A DNA stretch of 64,000 nt from Anthoceros angustus (taxonomy: Eukaryota > Plantae > Anthocerotophyta). Shown here in pieces: positions 39,626-52,394 of this stretch; the stretch's first letter is position 1; every line of letters begins with the position of its first letter. The position numbers and the translations under genes were made by a program. The notes beneath the pieces are model-generated. The model did no database searches, was not told the origin of the DNA, and was given only the letters and a program-made list of their open reading frames with translations. Location: assembly GCA_010909165.1 (NCBI GenBank), contig MU008161.1:372001-436000 (forward strand), read 5' to 3'.

Positions 39626-40439
39626 ATGGTATTGTTGTGGATCACGCACCGAGTTAGTAGGTAGGAGTAGGACGTGCCGATTGCAAGTGCTGTGGATGGG
39701 TGTAATAGCTATGGGCCAGGAGTATACAAGTAGGAGGATGCATGTGGACCTGATCCGAGGGGTGCTAATCTAGCGGGAGGCCCAAAGATGCTCAAAGGGA
39801 GAAAGAAGATGGTACCTGGGCCGGGCTATGCACTTCGGGAGCAGAAATAAGTAGGGTTTCGCTTTTTTAGGATTGAAGGATAAATAAGGCTAAAAGGAGG
39901 AATAAATTGGGGTAGCGCTGACGAGGAGTATACTCCGGACTGAGTGAACAACGGACCCCGGTACCACTATGGCAAGCTCCGACTACGGAGTAACGGATAA
40001 GTCCGAACCCACTCCAGTCAAAACAGGATAAGTACGCCAGGAAAGTAACCTAGGAGGCGAGGCGTGAGGATGACGAGGCGGCGCCACGGACGGCCCCGAG
40101 TGGAGGTCGGGCATGAGGAGACCGTAACCTGCCGAGGCCGCAGGCAGTATTCACGCCCGCGCGCGCGGCGTAAGGCCGCAGGCTAAGCGAGGGTCGAGTA
40201 AGCCATGCACTCGCGCACGGACAACGAAGAGGCGCCTTCCGCCCAGCATTTCCACAAGCGCCAAGGAGGGAGGTCCGCAGCCTCCGCAATCCTCATAGCC
40301 CTTGCGCCCGCAATCCGGCTCGCGCTTTTGGGCGCGCCACCTTAGAGCGCGCGCATCCAAGGTTGGAGCAACGCGGGCGAAGGAGGAACATCGTGCCGAC
40401 TCGCCAGCAGCCTACAAAGAACAAGAGGAGGAGAAAGCA

Positions 40440-42373
40440 ATGGCACCCAAAAGCCGGAAGTCTGGGAGCCATGGACCTCGGAGCGCAACATTGTGACCCG
40501 CGCTATCCGGACTTCGGGCCCGGCCGAGGAAGGTGGGAATTGGTGCGGAGTGGCATCCGGACGTGTTCCAAATGGTCTCGGACCTTTGACAACGCTACCT
40601 AGTCCGGGAGTTTGCCCGAAGATGCCGGGCGATCAACAAGGAGGTCCGATCCAAGAACCTCCGGAGGACCCGAGGCGATGGACCTTGAGGTCCCGAGGAT
40701 GGCCTACAACCGCCTCGAGGAAGAAGGGGCGTGGTGCCGAGCCCCTTAAGGCGAAGGGAAGATAGGGCCGCCACGCCGCGGCCGAGGCTCGAACGCAGCG
40801 ACAACCAACGGATGGTTGATATCCGATCCGGATCCGAGTAAGGGCGGTAGCCCGGATCATTGTCCATTGAACTCGCCACCAAGGTGGATCACCTTGGTGA
40901 TAACCTGGTATTCTCGCATGCGCCCAATGGGAAGAGAGCGACCGGAAGGATTATCTTCGCCGGTTGATCGAGGCACGCAAGCTAAGGAGCGAGAAGCCCT
41001 CGCCATCCGACCCGATTCATGTATGGGGACATTTCGAGCTCTCAAGGAGGGAGAGCTTGAACGGGCGCCCGGCGGAGGCCCCGCTGGCAGAGCGTGCAAG
41101 GGCGCCTGAGGTGGGGGTCGCCCTTCAAGACCAAGCGGACTCGGGAGGAGGACGATCGAGGATTCCTGACCCGCCCTGAGCGAACCCCTCACCACCTGTG
41201 GAAGTTTGGGAGGAGATTCCCTTCCTCCTTTTGGTGCCCTCCGAGCCCCGACGAACTCAACGGGAGCCAAGAGGCGGAGGCGGCCCGCACCGCAGACAGT
41301 TAACAACCACGACCGCCGAGCCCCGACGAACTCAACGGGAGCCAAGAGGCGGAAGACGGTGCCGCTTACCAACGCAAAGACCTCGGTGCACTTTACCCCG
41401 CCACGAGTGGCAAGAGGTCAAGAGGCGAAGGAGGAAGAAGGGGCGTGGCCCAAGGAGGAGATGGAGGCCAAGAGGCGGCAGCAGCCCACCTCGAGCCGGC
41501 CCCTGCCCCCGGCTGTGAAGGGGCAAAAGAGCTTGCTCCCGACCCCTCACCTCCTCCGAGCCCTGTGAGAAAGAGGGCACAAAGGAGTTAGAGGCCAAGA
41601 GGGCCAAGAGGGTGAGACTGACCACCACTGTGACCGAGGGTCCCGATTAGGTCCGAGAACCCACCCCGACTTACTCCGATCGGTATGGAGGTCCTTGGCG
41701 GATCGAGAAATGCCGGCCCCACTACGGACTTTGTGGGGGCCTCACGGCCGTGGAAGAAACACGGCGACCTGCCACCGCCATGGACGGAATGCTTTGGGGT
41801 CTCTGTGGTACATGAGAAGACCTGTGAAGTGGAGGCCACCCGAGGAGGATGGTGGAACCCAAGAGCAAGTGAAGGCGGCCGTGGGGCAAAGGAAAAGGCG
41901 GAGTCCCTCGCCGGATCGAGGAAGGGAAACGCCGGTGGCGGAGCGAGGCCCGGCGGTTCAGCAGACTTAAGGTTCTTCACCGCGGCACCAAGCAAGCTCA
42001 GAGGCCCAAGCGGGCGGAGGACCTTTAAGAGGGAAGCGCAGCAGAGGCGGAAGAGGCCCGGCACAAGCAGAGAGCTCGGGACGGAGGCGGCCCGCCAGAG
42101 GCCAAGTGGGCGAGGCCTGTAAAGGCGGCGAAGGAGCCTGGCCCGGCAAAGAGCGACCGGATCACTGCACGTGATCGAACCGTGGAGAGTCGGACGGAGG
42201 CGGCAGCAGAGGCGGAAGGGCTATGGAGGTGCAAGGCCACCGGAGGAGGAGATGGAGGCCAAGACTCGGGAGATAGGAGATCTCCGAGCACACCGCAGGA
42301 AGTAGAGGAGAGGCGGCAGCAGATGGAGGACAAGGACACTGGAGCTACAACCCAAGATGCGGAGCAGCAGTGA
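40440..42373 (+). pseudogene. Degenerate accessory (env-like/plant-transposon-protein type) ORF inside the 5' LTR of Y; 3' end approximate
   Basis: Starts MAPK; across frameshifts reads EPW..ERNIVT, YPDFGP, ELVAEWH, YLVREFAR (40596-40619), TKVDHLGDNL.VFSHA and IHVWGHF; then Glu/Ala/Arg-rich coiled-coil-like sequence. Confidence 0.7.
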
Positions 42374-43149
42374 TTCTCAACGAGAGAATCCACGACTCGA
42401 GCACGAAATAGAGTGCATCCTCAAGACGGAGGAAAATCGGCGACTATCCAAGGAGTTGGACGCTGCTGTATGAGCCGGAGGAGATGGAGGAAGTCCGAGT
42501 CGGACGGAGGTATCCACCACTGGAGAGGGAGTCATGAGCTAAAGGCCGAATGAACGGAGGAGCGCGAGCACCGGAAGCGTAAAAGAAGCCGGGTCCAGAG
42601 AAAGGCGGAAGGCTCGAAGGCGCTATGGCGGTAAGTCGGCAATGGAGAGGAAACGACGGAGCCGGAGGTGAGCAACAGCATGCAGGAGGTGACCGAGGCC
42701 GCCTTGTAGCCTCGTGATACCCCGCCCACCACAACTGGGCAGAGAGGTGGCCCAACAAGCCGGGCAAAGACGCTAACACTTATGGCGAGGGAGTATCGGT
42801 GCCCGCACACGTGGAAGAGGCAATTCAACAAGTCGATCTGACTTTGCCTATTACCACGCCGAGCCCCGGGCGAGAAGCCTCCCGACCAACAAACGGACTG
42901 GACCGGAAGGCTCAAGGAGATGAAGGCCACGGGACAAAGACAGGACCCTAGTGGCCCTGCTTGGAGATGACGGAGCGGAGAGGAGCAACCGGAGGAGCAG
43001 AACGAGGGAGCGCGATGCGATCGAGGCACCCCGCACCTCACCATGGAAGGAGGGGCCAACGGGAGTCACGCGATCGGGAACAGTGAGGACTTGAGGGAGA
43101 GCCACGGAGGAGTCCCGTGAGGGAGGAAACCCGGTGGAGTCCGACTTTG

Positions 43150-43286
43150 TCCGGACCAGGGAGGCCGGACTCAAGTCCGGACTAGAATAAGTCCGGACTC
43201 AAGTCCGGACCCAATAAGTCCGACCCCGAGGTCCGGACCCCTGAGACAAGGTCGGACCCAGCCGGGCCGGACCAAGTCCGGACTCA
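43150..43286. repeat. Cluster of palindromic GTCCGGAC motifs (AAGTCCGGAC...) in the Y LTR; counterpart at ~53170-53300
   Basis: Direct reading; at least six perfect octamers plus variants. Confidence 0.8.
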
Positions 43287-44499
43287 AGTTCGTGAGTCGA
43301 GACAGACCTCGAGGACCGGCAAGAAGGAGGAGCCCCTTCGACTTACGCTTAGGGGAGCAGAGGTGGCCCCACCGGCCAAGGACCTGTGGAGGCTGGAGGA
43401 TGACGTCGGTAACGGGTTGTCGACCGCCGTGAGCCCAACCCGGCTGTGATTCCGGAGAGAGGAGGGGCCCCGCCTCACGGATCATCCGATTGCGCCACAA
43501 CCGCTGTGACGGGATTGGACCACCCATTGAGGGCTCAGACCTTCCCACACACAAAGAAGGGGGAAAATAGGATGGCCGATTAGGGTATACCGAAATGCAC
43601 CGTAATAGGGGTGTAATAAAGACGCCACCTTGGGCGCAGATAAGAGGGCCGAGTAGTAAAGCATCTTTCTCTTGGTGTTGATGCCGCTGCTGCACCTTTG
43701 TGAGTCTTCTTGCTAACGTGAGTCCCGAGTCACCGAAAGGTGCTACCCGGGAGATTGATCAAGGTCCCGTGACGGACTTAACGCGCTGTGGTGTGTGCGG
43801 GGTGATCGACCGTGCTCGCCCGAGCGGTCCGACACCGAACGGACGAACGGTGAGCCGGAGGAACTCCGGAGGGTGTAGAGCCCGGACGAGAGGCCCTGAA
43901 CGACGGAGGAGGTCCGGATCAGAATCGTTTTTCTAAGACCAAGAGTGTAGCGTGAGAGAGAGAGGAAAGGATCGATGCGTGAGGATGTATGTGAACGATA
44001 CGGACGCGAACGGGTCTCAAACGCTTGGCCATACCGGCCTCAGACGGTGAACGCCAGAGTAGTTAGGAGTATGTGTGTGTTGAGACCGAACGAGCGCTAA
44101 GGACGGTAAGAATCACCAAACGCAGAACGGGCCTATCATTCCCTTTGGGAACGGACTTCTTCCTACAACGACACGGATTGTGCGCGCCTACCGCCATCGA
44201 AAAGTCCGCCACATTTTGGCGCTGCCGGGAATGAAATCGGTCCGCAGCCGCAGTGCGCCCTTAGGAAGAGAAGGTAAGTGAATGCGGCGGTCGAGCGGCC
44301 AAGAGTGAACCGTCAGAGGATCGGACGTGGTCACCTCGCGTGCTCTCCGAGCCGGGAGAGAGAGACGCCAAACCCAACGAGAGAGCACCGCCGATCGAGG
44401 AGGGAGAACGTGGTCGAATTGTCGGACCAAGACGAGTACGGGTACAAGGGACGCCAACGGAAGAAGGTAGGATGCCACGCCTAACCCATCGATGGCGCA

Positions 44500-47400
44500 G
44501 CCATGGCCCCTACCGACCAAACAAGCGATCTCCATATTCGGAGGGAAGAAGGAGCGGATGCGAGACCTTTGTGGAGGACTTCATGTCCAAAGCCAACTTC
44601 AACGGAGAGGGAGTCGACGCCATCCTTTTCCAAGGGGTTCTCCGAGGACAACCAATGGTATCGGAGAAAGTACCGACCACCGGAGAATGCCCCACCCGCT
44701 TGAAGCTTTGAAAATGCCTTCTTAGAACGGTTTCGAGGATCACCAGAGGGGTATGTATTATCAAAGTTGGAAAATCAAGCGAGGAAGAAGGAGAAGTGGG
44801 CTCAGACATCGAGCTATGCCCCGAGGATCGGCATCCAACCCATACCACGATGCAAGCGGCGGTGGTTCGCGCCGGCCTAGCCAAACCCATGGCTGTGCAC
44901 GCCCCGCCGCTAGCCGAGAAGGACGTGGGCAAGGCGGTCGAGCGGCCGAAAACTACGAGGAATCGCTACATCGAGGATAAAGAAATCCCAAGGAGGCAAG
45001 AAGAAGAAGAAGAAACGGGGTTCGACTCGAGGAGGAAGAGTCTTGAGAGGAGGAGGAAGACCAATCGGAGGTGTCTTCGAGGAGGAGGAGCAGTCCAAGA
45101 AGAGACGGAGGTCTCTAGCGAGGAAGAGTATCCCGCAAGAAGAAGAGCAAGAAGGCCCCGCTAAAAAGAAGGTGGTAAGAAGGAGGTGGTGACACCAAGA
45201 CCGTCCGAGAAGCTCCGACCCGACTCCCTCAAAGGAGGTAGCAGTCCGCGGGAGGACCCGGAAAAGTGATAAAGAGAGTAGAGGACCGCGATAAACCGTT
45301 AAGGACCGAGCGCGGAAAACACCGACTACGGTGCGAACGCATCTCGTGTGCCGTGCCAAGAACACGGCCATTCGAAGTCCAACCGCCTCAAGGCGCATCA
45401 AGTGGACTACGAATACGAGGAGGAGGCCGAGGAGCAATGGGAAGAGGCCTATCGTGCATGTGAAGCCCCTCTCCGCGATATCCCAAAACCATGTATCCGC
45501 CAACCGGAGGTCCGATACAACGAGCCCCACCGATGCAAAGACCGCATGGGAGCCCTTCGTATCCTCCGACGGCCGTGGTCTGTTGGAACCGCGGAATCTC
45601 GCCATTACTCCAACGCGTGTCCGCACTCCAACGAGGTGGTAATGGGGACTTCGAGCAGGTGGCGATCGCAAGCGGGCATGGCAAAGACGCTATGTCCCAA
45701 CCCCGCACAAGGACGGTACGATATGCCACACCAAGCGGAGAACCCGACCACCAACGCCACCTCCTAAGACTACTGCACGGCAAGTCAAGATGCTCCATGG
45801 AGGAAGAGATTCCCAGGTACGCGAGATGGAAAGAACAAGAAGGTACGGGGGTGTCGAAAGGAAGGGAGTCGGCGTGGAAAATCTTGAGGTGTCTACTCAG
45901 AGTCAAGGAAGGAGCGACGAGAAAGGCGCCAGCTTGAAGAAGAACAAGATCGGAGAAGCGTCACGGGCCGAGGAAGGCAATCAAACGGAAATACCAGCAG
46001 AGGATCCGACCGATGAAGGAGGGCTGACGGCAGCCTGAGGGATTACCCAAGGAAGTTCTCCGTGATGGAGAAGGAACGGTGCCTCCCGCGACGGCGATTT
46101 AGCTTCCACGGACGTAGTCCGGAGGTGACCGAGATGTTGCAGGAGGAAATGCGCAAGCATCCGGAGAATACCGTAACACGTGACCGGGAGAGGATGAGGA
46201 CGCAGCAGGATCCTCGATTGGGGTAGAAGCCTCGCCTTTAATGTGGCGGACCGATGATGAATCGCCAGACCTTGTGTCCTTTCGACAACCGAGGGATAAC
46301 CCAAATACCGACAAGAGGTCCGTCGGGCCGTTAGGGGAAACCCACCGCGGAGCACCAAAGCCGTGAAGGGTAGCAGGTGGAAGTGAGGGTGGTGTCCCAT
46401 ACGACCAGGGGCGCCAGGTACAAGTGGAGATTGGATGTATCATCAAGGATGTACTGCTGGACACGGGTCCGAGTCAACCTCATCACCACGCACGAAAATT
46501 GGGCTTCACATCCTTCAACCTCAACGAAGACTCGAGAATGGCGTATATGTCAAGAAGAGATCCGCGGGAGTTAACCGAGTCTTGGCCACCATAGCGCACC
46601 CTACAAACCGGATTTTGTTGTGATCAAACCGCCGGACCATTAGGGTATGAGGTGTTGGGCCCATGTGGGTTGGCCTGCATAAAGCTACACTTTGGAAGGA
46701 AGGAGATTCACTTCAAGCCGGTGGACCGGGACCCTAAGGTGCGAGAAGGAGGGTTGCTATCACCGGAGCAAGGACACCTATTGTGGGGAAACCGTGAGCA
46801 CTACCGAAGGGTATACCGGAGGACTCCACGGCGACGAACAAGATAGTTCCGAGGAGGCGACTTTCGCCAAGATCCGCCGGTCCGAGGAGGAGATGGACTA
46901 CCCGGATGCCTTTGGCGGAAGTGGTTGATTGTTTTGAGTAAACGCCACAACGGGCCGGAGGAAGGAAGTGAAGAGGAGGTCGGACCAAAGACAAGGGGAG
47001 ACAACAAGAGTCGGACCAAGGAAAAGCGGACATCAAGGAGTAACACGATTCACCTCCGACGAGCTCTTCGAGAATGGGGATGCGAGAGGACGATCCCGAG
47101 AGGAGGACGAGGGGTTTGGACGCAGGCAAAGACGGAACGGAGACGGTGAACCCGGACGACGTGGAAGAAGTGGAGGTCCGCCAGCAAATTCTCAAGTTTA
47201 AGAAAGGCATGCCTCCGGACCAAGGAAGGACTAAAGCTGGGGAGTTTTATGAGGTGTTCGCCTTCAAGGTCACGGACATGAAGGGCATTCAAGAAGTGGG
47301 AGAGCATAAGATCGATTTGAAGCCGTGAGCGTGCCATCAATCCGACAATACAAGCTCAACCCCAAGTATTCGATCAAGGTGAAGGAGGTCCTTGATAAGT

Positions 47401-49813
47401 ACCGGAGGCAGACATCATTTTCCCCATCACAACAGCCGAGTGGGTCGCGCCGATTGTGGTGGTTCCCAAGAAAGCCAGACAAATTCGGGTATGCCAAGAT
47501 TGAGGAAGCTCAAAGAACGAGAAGGACCACTTCCGATGCCATTCAGAGACACATTTTGGACAAGGTGGTCGGACTACTTACTCCTTCCCGGATGGCTACT
47601 CCGGATACAACCAATTGCACCTAAGGGAGTTTGGACCGGGACAAGACGACCTTCACTACGGAGTGGGTACGCTTGCCTACAAGAGAAGTGCCTTTGGGAT
47701 GACCGAGCGCCTGTGGTCGCTCATGCGTATGGTGACCAACGCCTTCCGTGACTTCGAGGGACTTCATGGAGATATTCTGGATGATTTTGTGTGCATGGGG
47801 AGCAGGACAAACACCTTGGGCATCTAAGAAGGTGCTTGAGCGCCGGAGACTCAATTGAGCCTACACCGAGAAATGCTACTTTGGAATGACGGAGGGAATC
47901 TTGTCGACATCGGTGTCGGCTGAATCGAGGTGGACCAGACAAGGTCCGGTCATCCGCCTCCACCCGACGAACCTAAAGGAGCCGAGAGGTTTCGGAATGG
48001 TGGGATACTACCGGTTTATTAAGGACTAAGAGGGCGCTAAGTTGATGTAACCATCATGGAAGGAGGAGGTTTGGACCGTCACGTGGAGCGAGAGGAGGCC
48101 TTCGGATTTACGTAACACCTTGGTAAGCGACCGGCCTAAGAGGACCGGATCGAGCAGAAATTTCATGTGTATGTAGACGTGTCCGCTGCTATCGGAGTAG
48201 TGCCGAGCAAGGACGACAAGCGGGATTATCCCGTATACTACGGACTCACCCACGCTGAACGAAAATACACAACTACAGAGGCCAAGCACCGGGTATGGTA
48301 TATGTCCAAGAAATTCGACACTACCTACTACCCAAAGGAGTTTGTGTTCTATGTAGACCACTTTGCTCAAGCATCCGGTGAATAAGGCGGACTGTCCGGA
48401 CGGATAGCAAGGTGGATATTGTTGCCGCAGGAGTTCACGTCAAGTGGAAACAAGACAAGGGAGGCAGCACCAAAATGCAGATTTCCTATCACGATTGAAA
48501 ACAGAGCAGGTGTTGAGAGATCAGGAAGATGCGTTCCCGGATGAGACATTGGTTGCCGCAGTGGAAGTACAACCGGAGGAGCCCAGCCGAGCGAACCCCA
48601 AGCTACGAGAACTGGCAGCCTTAGCAGAAGCGGAGAAGGGGAGGGTCCGCCGCGGCCGTCCGACCTACGAAGAAATGGAGCGGTACCTCTGGGGAATGGA
48701 GCTTCCCGAAAATCTGACTCGTGGACAGAGGGAGGCATTCGTGCACTATGCTCGACCCTTCAGAATGTACAACGGGTGTGTGTTCAAATTAGGGCCGGAC
48801 GGAGTAGAACGAAGGTACTTGCAACCGGCAGAGACAGGAGCGTCAAGGGAATGCACGAAGGATTGGGGGAGGACACTACGCAAAGACAGTCACCACCAAA
48901 AGATTTTGAAGCGGATACCGTGGCCAACAATGTATGGGGACACCCACCGCTTAGGAAGAAGTGTGATGCTTGTCGGATCGGAAAGCCAACCCCGACGACA
49001 CAAAGGCCGCTAGTACCGATATTGGCACCGCACCTTCAAAAGTGGGGTATTGACTTTGTTGGACCTATACCACGACAAGACACACACAAGGAGATACATC
49101 CCGTGGCAACCATCATCGCACTGTGGGTAGAGGCGGCGACAAGAACGGACTCGCAAACACCGTGGCCAAATTCGCACGAGAACATCATAACCCGCACGGA
49201 TGTCCGCAGCTTGGTAAGTGATAGGGGAACCCATTTCCTTAATGATGTGGTGGCCGCCATGACGGAGTATTTCGCATCAATCATCGCAAGACGGCACCCT
49301 ACAATCCTAAGGCCAATGGGTCGACAGAGAAGACAAATGGGCTCATCCGCAGGATCTCGAATAAACTCAGTGAACTACGCCCATGATGGATACCAAGCGC
49401 CATCCGTGACTGTATCCGACAGAGAAGGTGACCACACAACGGACCCTTACTTGACCTACGGACACTCTCCGTAATGCCGTGGAGTTTGAAGTGCCCACTT
49501 TTCGAGTAATGATGGAAGGAGACCGACAGAGAGGAAAGCCACCGAGCGACTCTTGGGGTTTGTTCGACACGGAGGAAGAAGCTCACCGAAGATGCATTGG
49601 TGCAAAACCAGAAGATTTGGCACGATCGATCGCGAATCGAGTATGTAAAGGAAGGGACCGCCTCCTTTATGATAGTCATATGCATTTTCCGTGCAAACTT
49701 CACCGAGATGGATGGGTCCGTACCAAGTGGTGCAAGTATATGACAACGGGTCCCACGATGCCTAGATGGAGAGTCGCCCACTGAACGGGTGGGTGAAGAA
49801 GTATCATGCTTAG
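44500..49813 (+). pseudogene. Frameshifted gag-pol of element Y
   Basis: Gag-like AFLERF near 44720; protease VLLDTG (46460-46468); RT WVAPIVVVPKK, GYSGYNQ and ILDDF (~47776); RNase H YVDVS, AERKYTTTE and ADFLSRL; integrase CDACR, KWGIDFVGP, LVSDRGTHFLN, RWMGPYQV and KKYHA* (stop 49811-49813). Confidence 0.9.
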
Positions 49814-50474
49814 TGTTGGCGAGACGCCAATGATGAGAAGGGAGTATGTGGGCTATGCACTTCCTGGGAGTTAAGAAATAAGTAGGGTTTCGCTTTTTAG
49901 GATTGAAGGATAAATAAGGCGGAAAAGGAGGAATAAATTGGGGTAGCGCCGGACGAGGCTCGAGTATACTCCGGACTGAGTGAACAACGGACCCCGGTAC
50001 CACTATGGCAAGCTCCGACTACGGAGTAACGGATAAGTCCGAACCCACCTGTGTCAAAAGGATAAGTACGCCGTGGAAAGTAACCTAGGAGCGAGGCGTG
50101 AGGATGACGAGGCGGCGCCACGGACGGCCCCGAGTGGAGGTCGGCATGCAGAGGCCAGACAGAACCTGCCGAGGCCGCAGGCAGGCAGTATTCACGCCCG
50201 CGCGCGCGCGCGCGTAAGGCAAGCGGGCGTAGGGTCGAGTAAGCCATGCACTCGCGCTACGGACAACGAAGAGGCGCCCGCATTTTCCACAAGCGCCAAG
50301 GAGGGAGGTCACCGCGCAGCCTCCGCATAATCAGCCTTGCGCCCGCAATCCGCTCGGCGCTATCTTTTGGGCGCCACCTTAGAGCGCGCGCATCACAAGG
50401 TTGGAGCAACAACGCGCGGCGAAGGAGGAACATCGTGCCGGACTCGCCAGCCAGAACAAGAGGAGGAGAAAGCA

Positions 50475-52394
50475 ATGGCACCCAAAAGCCGACGGAAGTC
50501 TGGGAGCCATGGACCGTGGAGCGCAACATTGTGACCCGCGCTATCCGGACTTCGGCCCGGCCGGAGGAAGCAGGGAATTGGTGCAGAGTGGCATCCGGAC
50601 GTGTTCCAAATGGTCCGGACCTTTGACAACACACTCTAGTCCGGAGTTTGCCCGAAGATGCGCGATCAACAAGGAGGTCCGATCCAAGAACCTCCGGAGG
50701 ACCCGAGGCGATGGACCTTGAGGTCCCGAGGATGGCCTACAACCGCCCAAGGAGGAAGAAGGGCGGTGCCGAGCCCCTTAAGGCGGGAAGATAGGGCCGC
50801 CACCGGCGTCGAGGCTCGAACGCAGGACAACCAACGGATGGTTGATATCCGATCCGCCGACGAGTAAGGGCGGTAGCCCGGATCATTGTCCATTGAACTC
50901 GCCACCAAGGTGGATCACCTTGGTGATAACCTGCTGGTATTCTCGCATGCGCCCAATGGGAAGAGAGCGGACGGGAAGGATTATCTTCGCCTGCTCGCCA
51001 GAGGCACGCAAGCTAAGGAGCGAAGCCTCGCCATCGGGGTGACCCCACACCGATTCATGTATGGGGACATTTCGAGCCCCAAGGAGGGAGAGCTTGAGCG
51101 GCGCCGGAAGGAGGCCCCGCTGTAAGTAGAGCGTGCAAGGGCGCCTGAGGTGGGGGTCGCCCTTCAAGACCAAGCGACTCGGAGGAGGACGATCGAGGAT
51201 TCCTGACTCCATACGGAGCGAACCCCTCACCACCTGTGGAAGTTTGGGAGGCGATTCCCTTCCTCCTTTTGGTGCCCTCCGAGCACGACAGAGGGAGCCG
51301 ATGCCGAGGGCGCGGCCCCGACCGCAGGTAACAGCCAACAACCACGACGGCCGCCGAGCCCCGACGAACTCAACGGGAGCCAAGAGGCGGAAGACGGTGC
51401 CGCTTACCAACGCAAAGACCTCGAGGTGCCGGATTCTTACCCCCGCACGAGTGGCAAGAGGTCAAGAGGCGTAAGGAGGGCAGAAAGGACGTGGCCCAAG
51501 GAGCAGGAGGTCACCGCGCAGCCCCACCTCGAGCCGGCCTGCCCCGGCTGTGAAGGGGCAAAAGAGCTTGCTCCCTGACCCCTCACCTCCTCCGAGCCCT
51601 GTGAGAAAGAGGGCACAAAGGAGTTAGAGGCCAAGAGGGCCAAGAGGGTGAGACTCGACCACCACTGTGACCCGAGGGTCCCGATTAGGTCCGAGAACCC
51701 CCCGACTTACTCCGGATCGGTATGGAGGTCCTTGGCGGACCGAGAAATGCCGGCCCCACTACGGACTTTGTGGGGCCTCACTATGGCCGTGGAAGAAACA
51801 CGGCGAAGTCCTGCCATGGACGGAATGCTTTGGGGTCTCGCAAATGGAGAAGACCTGTGAAGTGGAGGCCACCCGAGGAGGATGGTGGAACCCAAGAGCA
51901 AGTGAAGGCCAGGGGCAAAGGAAAGGCGGAGTCCTCGCCGGATCGAGGAAGGGAAACGCCGGGTGGCGGAGCGCGAGGCCCGGCGTTCACAGATCCAAGG
52001 TTCTTCACCGGCGAACAATGAAGCAAGCCTGGGAGGCCCAAGCGCGGAGGACCTTGCGTAAGAGGGGAAGCGCAGCAGAGGCTAAGAGGCCCGGCACAAG
52101 CAGAGAGCTCGGACGGAGGCGGCCCGGCCAGAGGGCCAAGGGGCGAGGCCTGTAAAGGCGGCGAAGGAGCCGCAAAGAGCGACCGGATCACTATGCACGT
52201 GATCGAACCGTGGAGAGAGTCACAGTGAGGCTAAGGCCGCACAAAGTGCTATGGAGCAAGGGCCAAAGGAGGAGATGGAGGCCAAGACGGAGATAGAGAT
52301 CTCCGAGCACACCGCAGGAAGTAGAGGAGAGGCAGCAGATGGAGGATGAAGGACACGCTGAGCTACAACCCAAGATGCGCTTGAGCAGCAGTGA
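50475..52394 (+). pseudogene. Copy of the same accessory ORF in the 3' LTR of Y; 3' end approximate
   Basis: ORF track shows EVWEPWTVERNIVT (50246 ORF) and IELATKVDHLGDNLLVFSHAPNGKR (50886 ORF). Confidence 0.7.
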
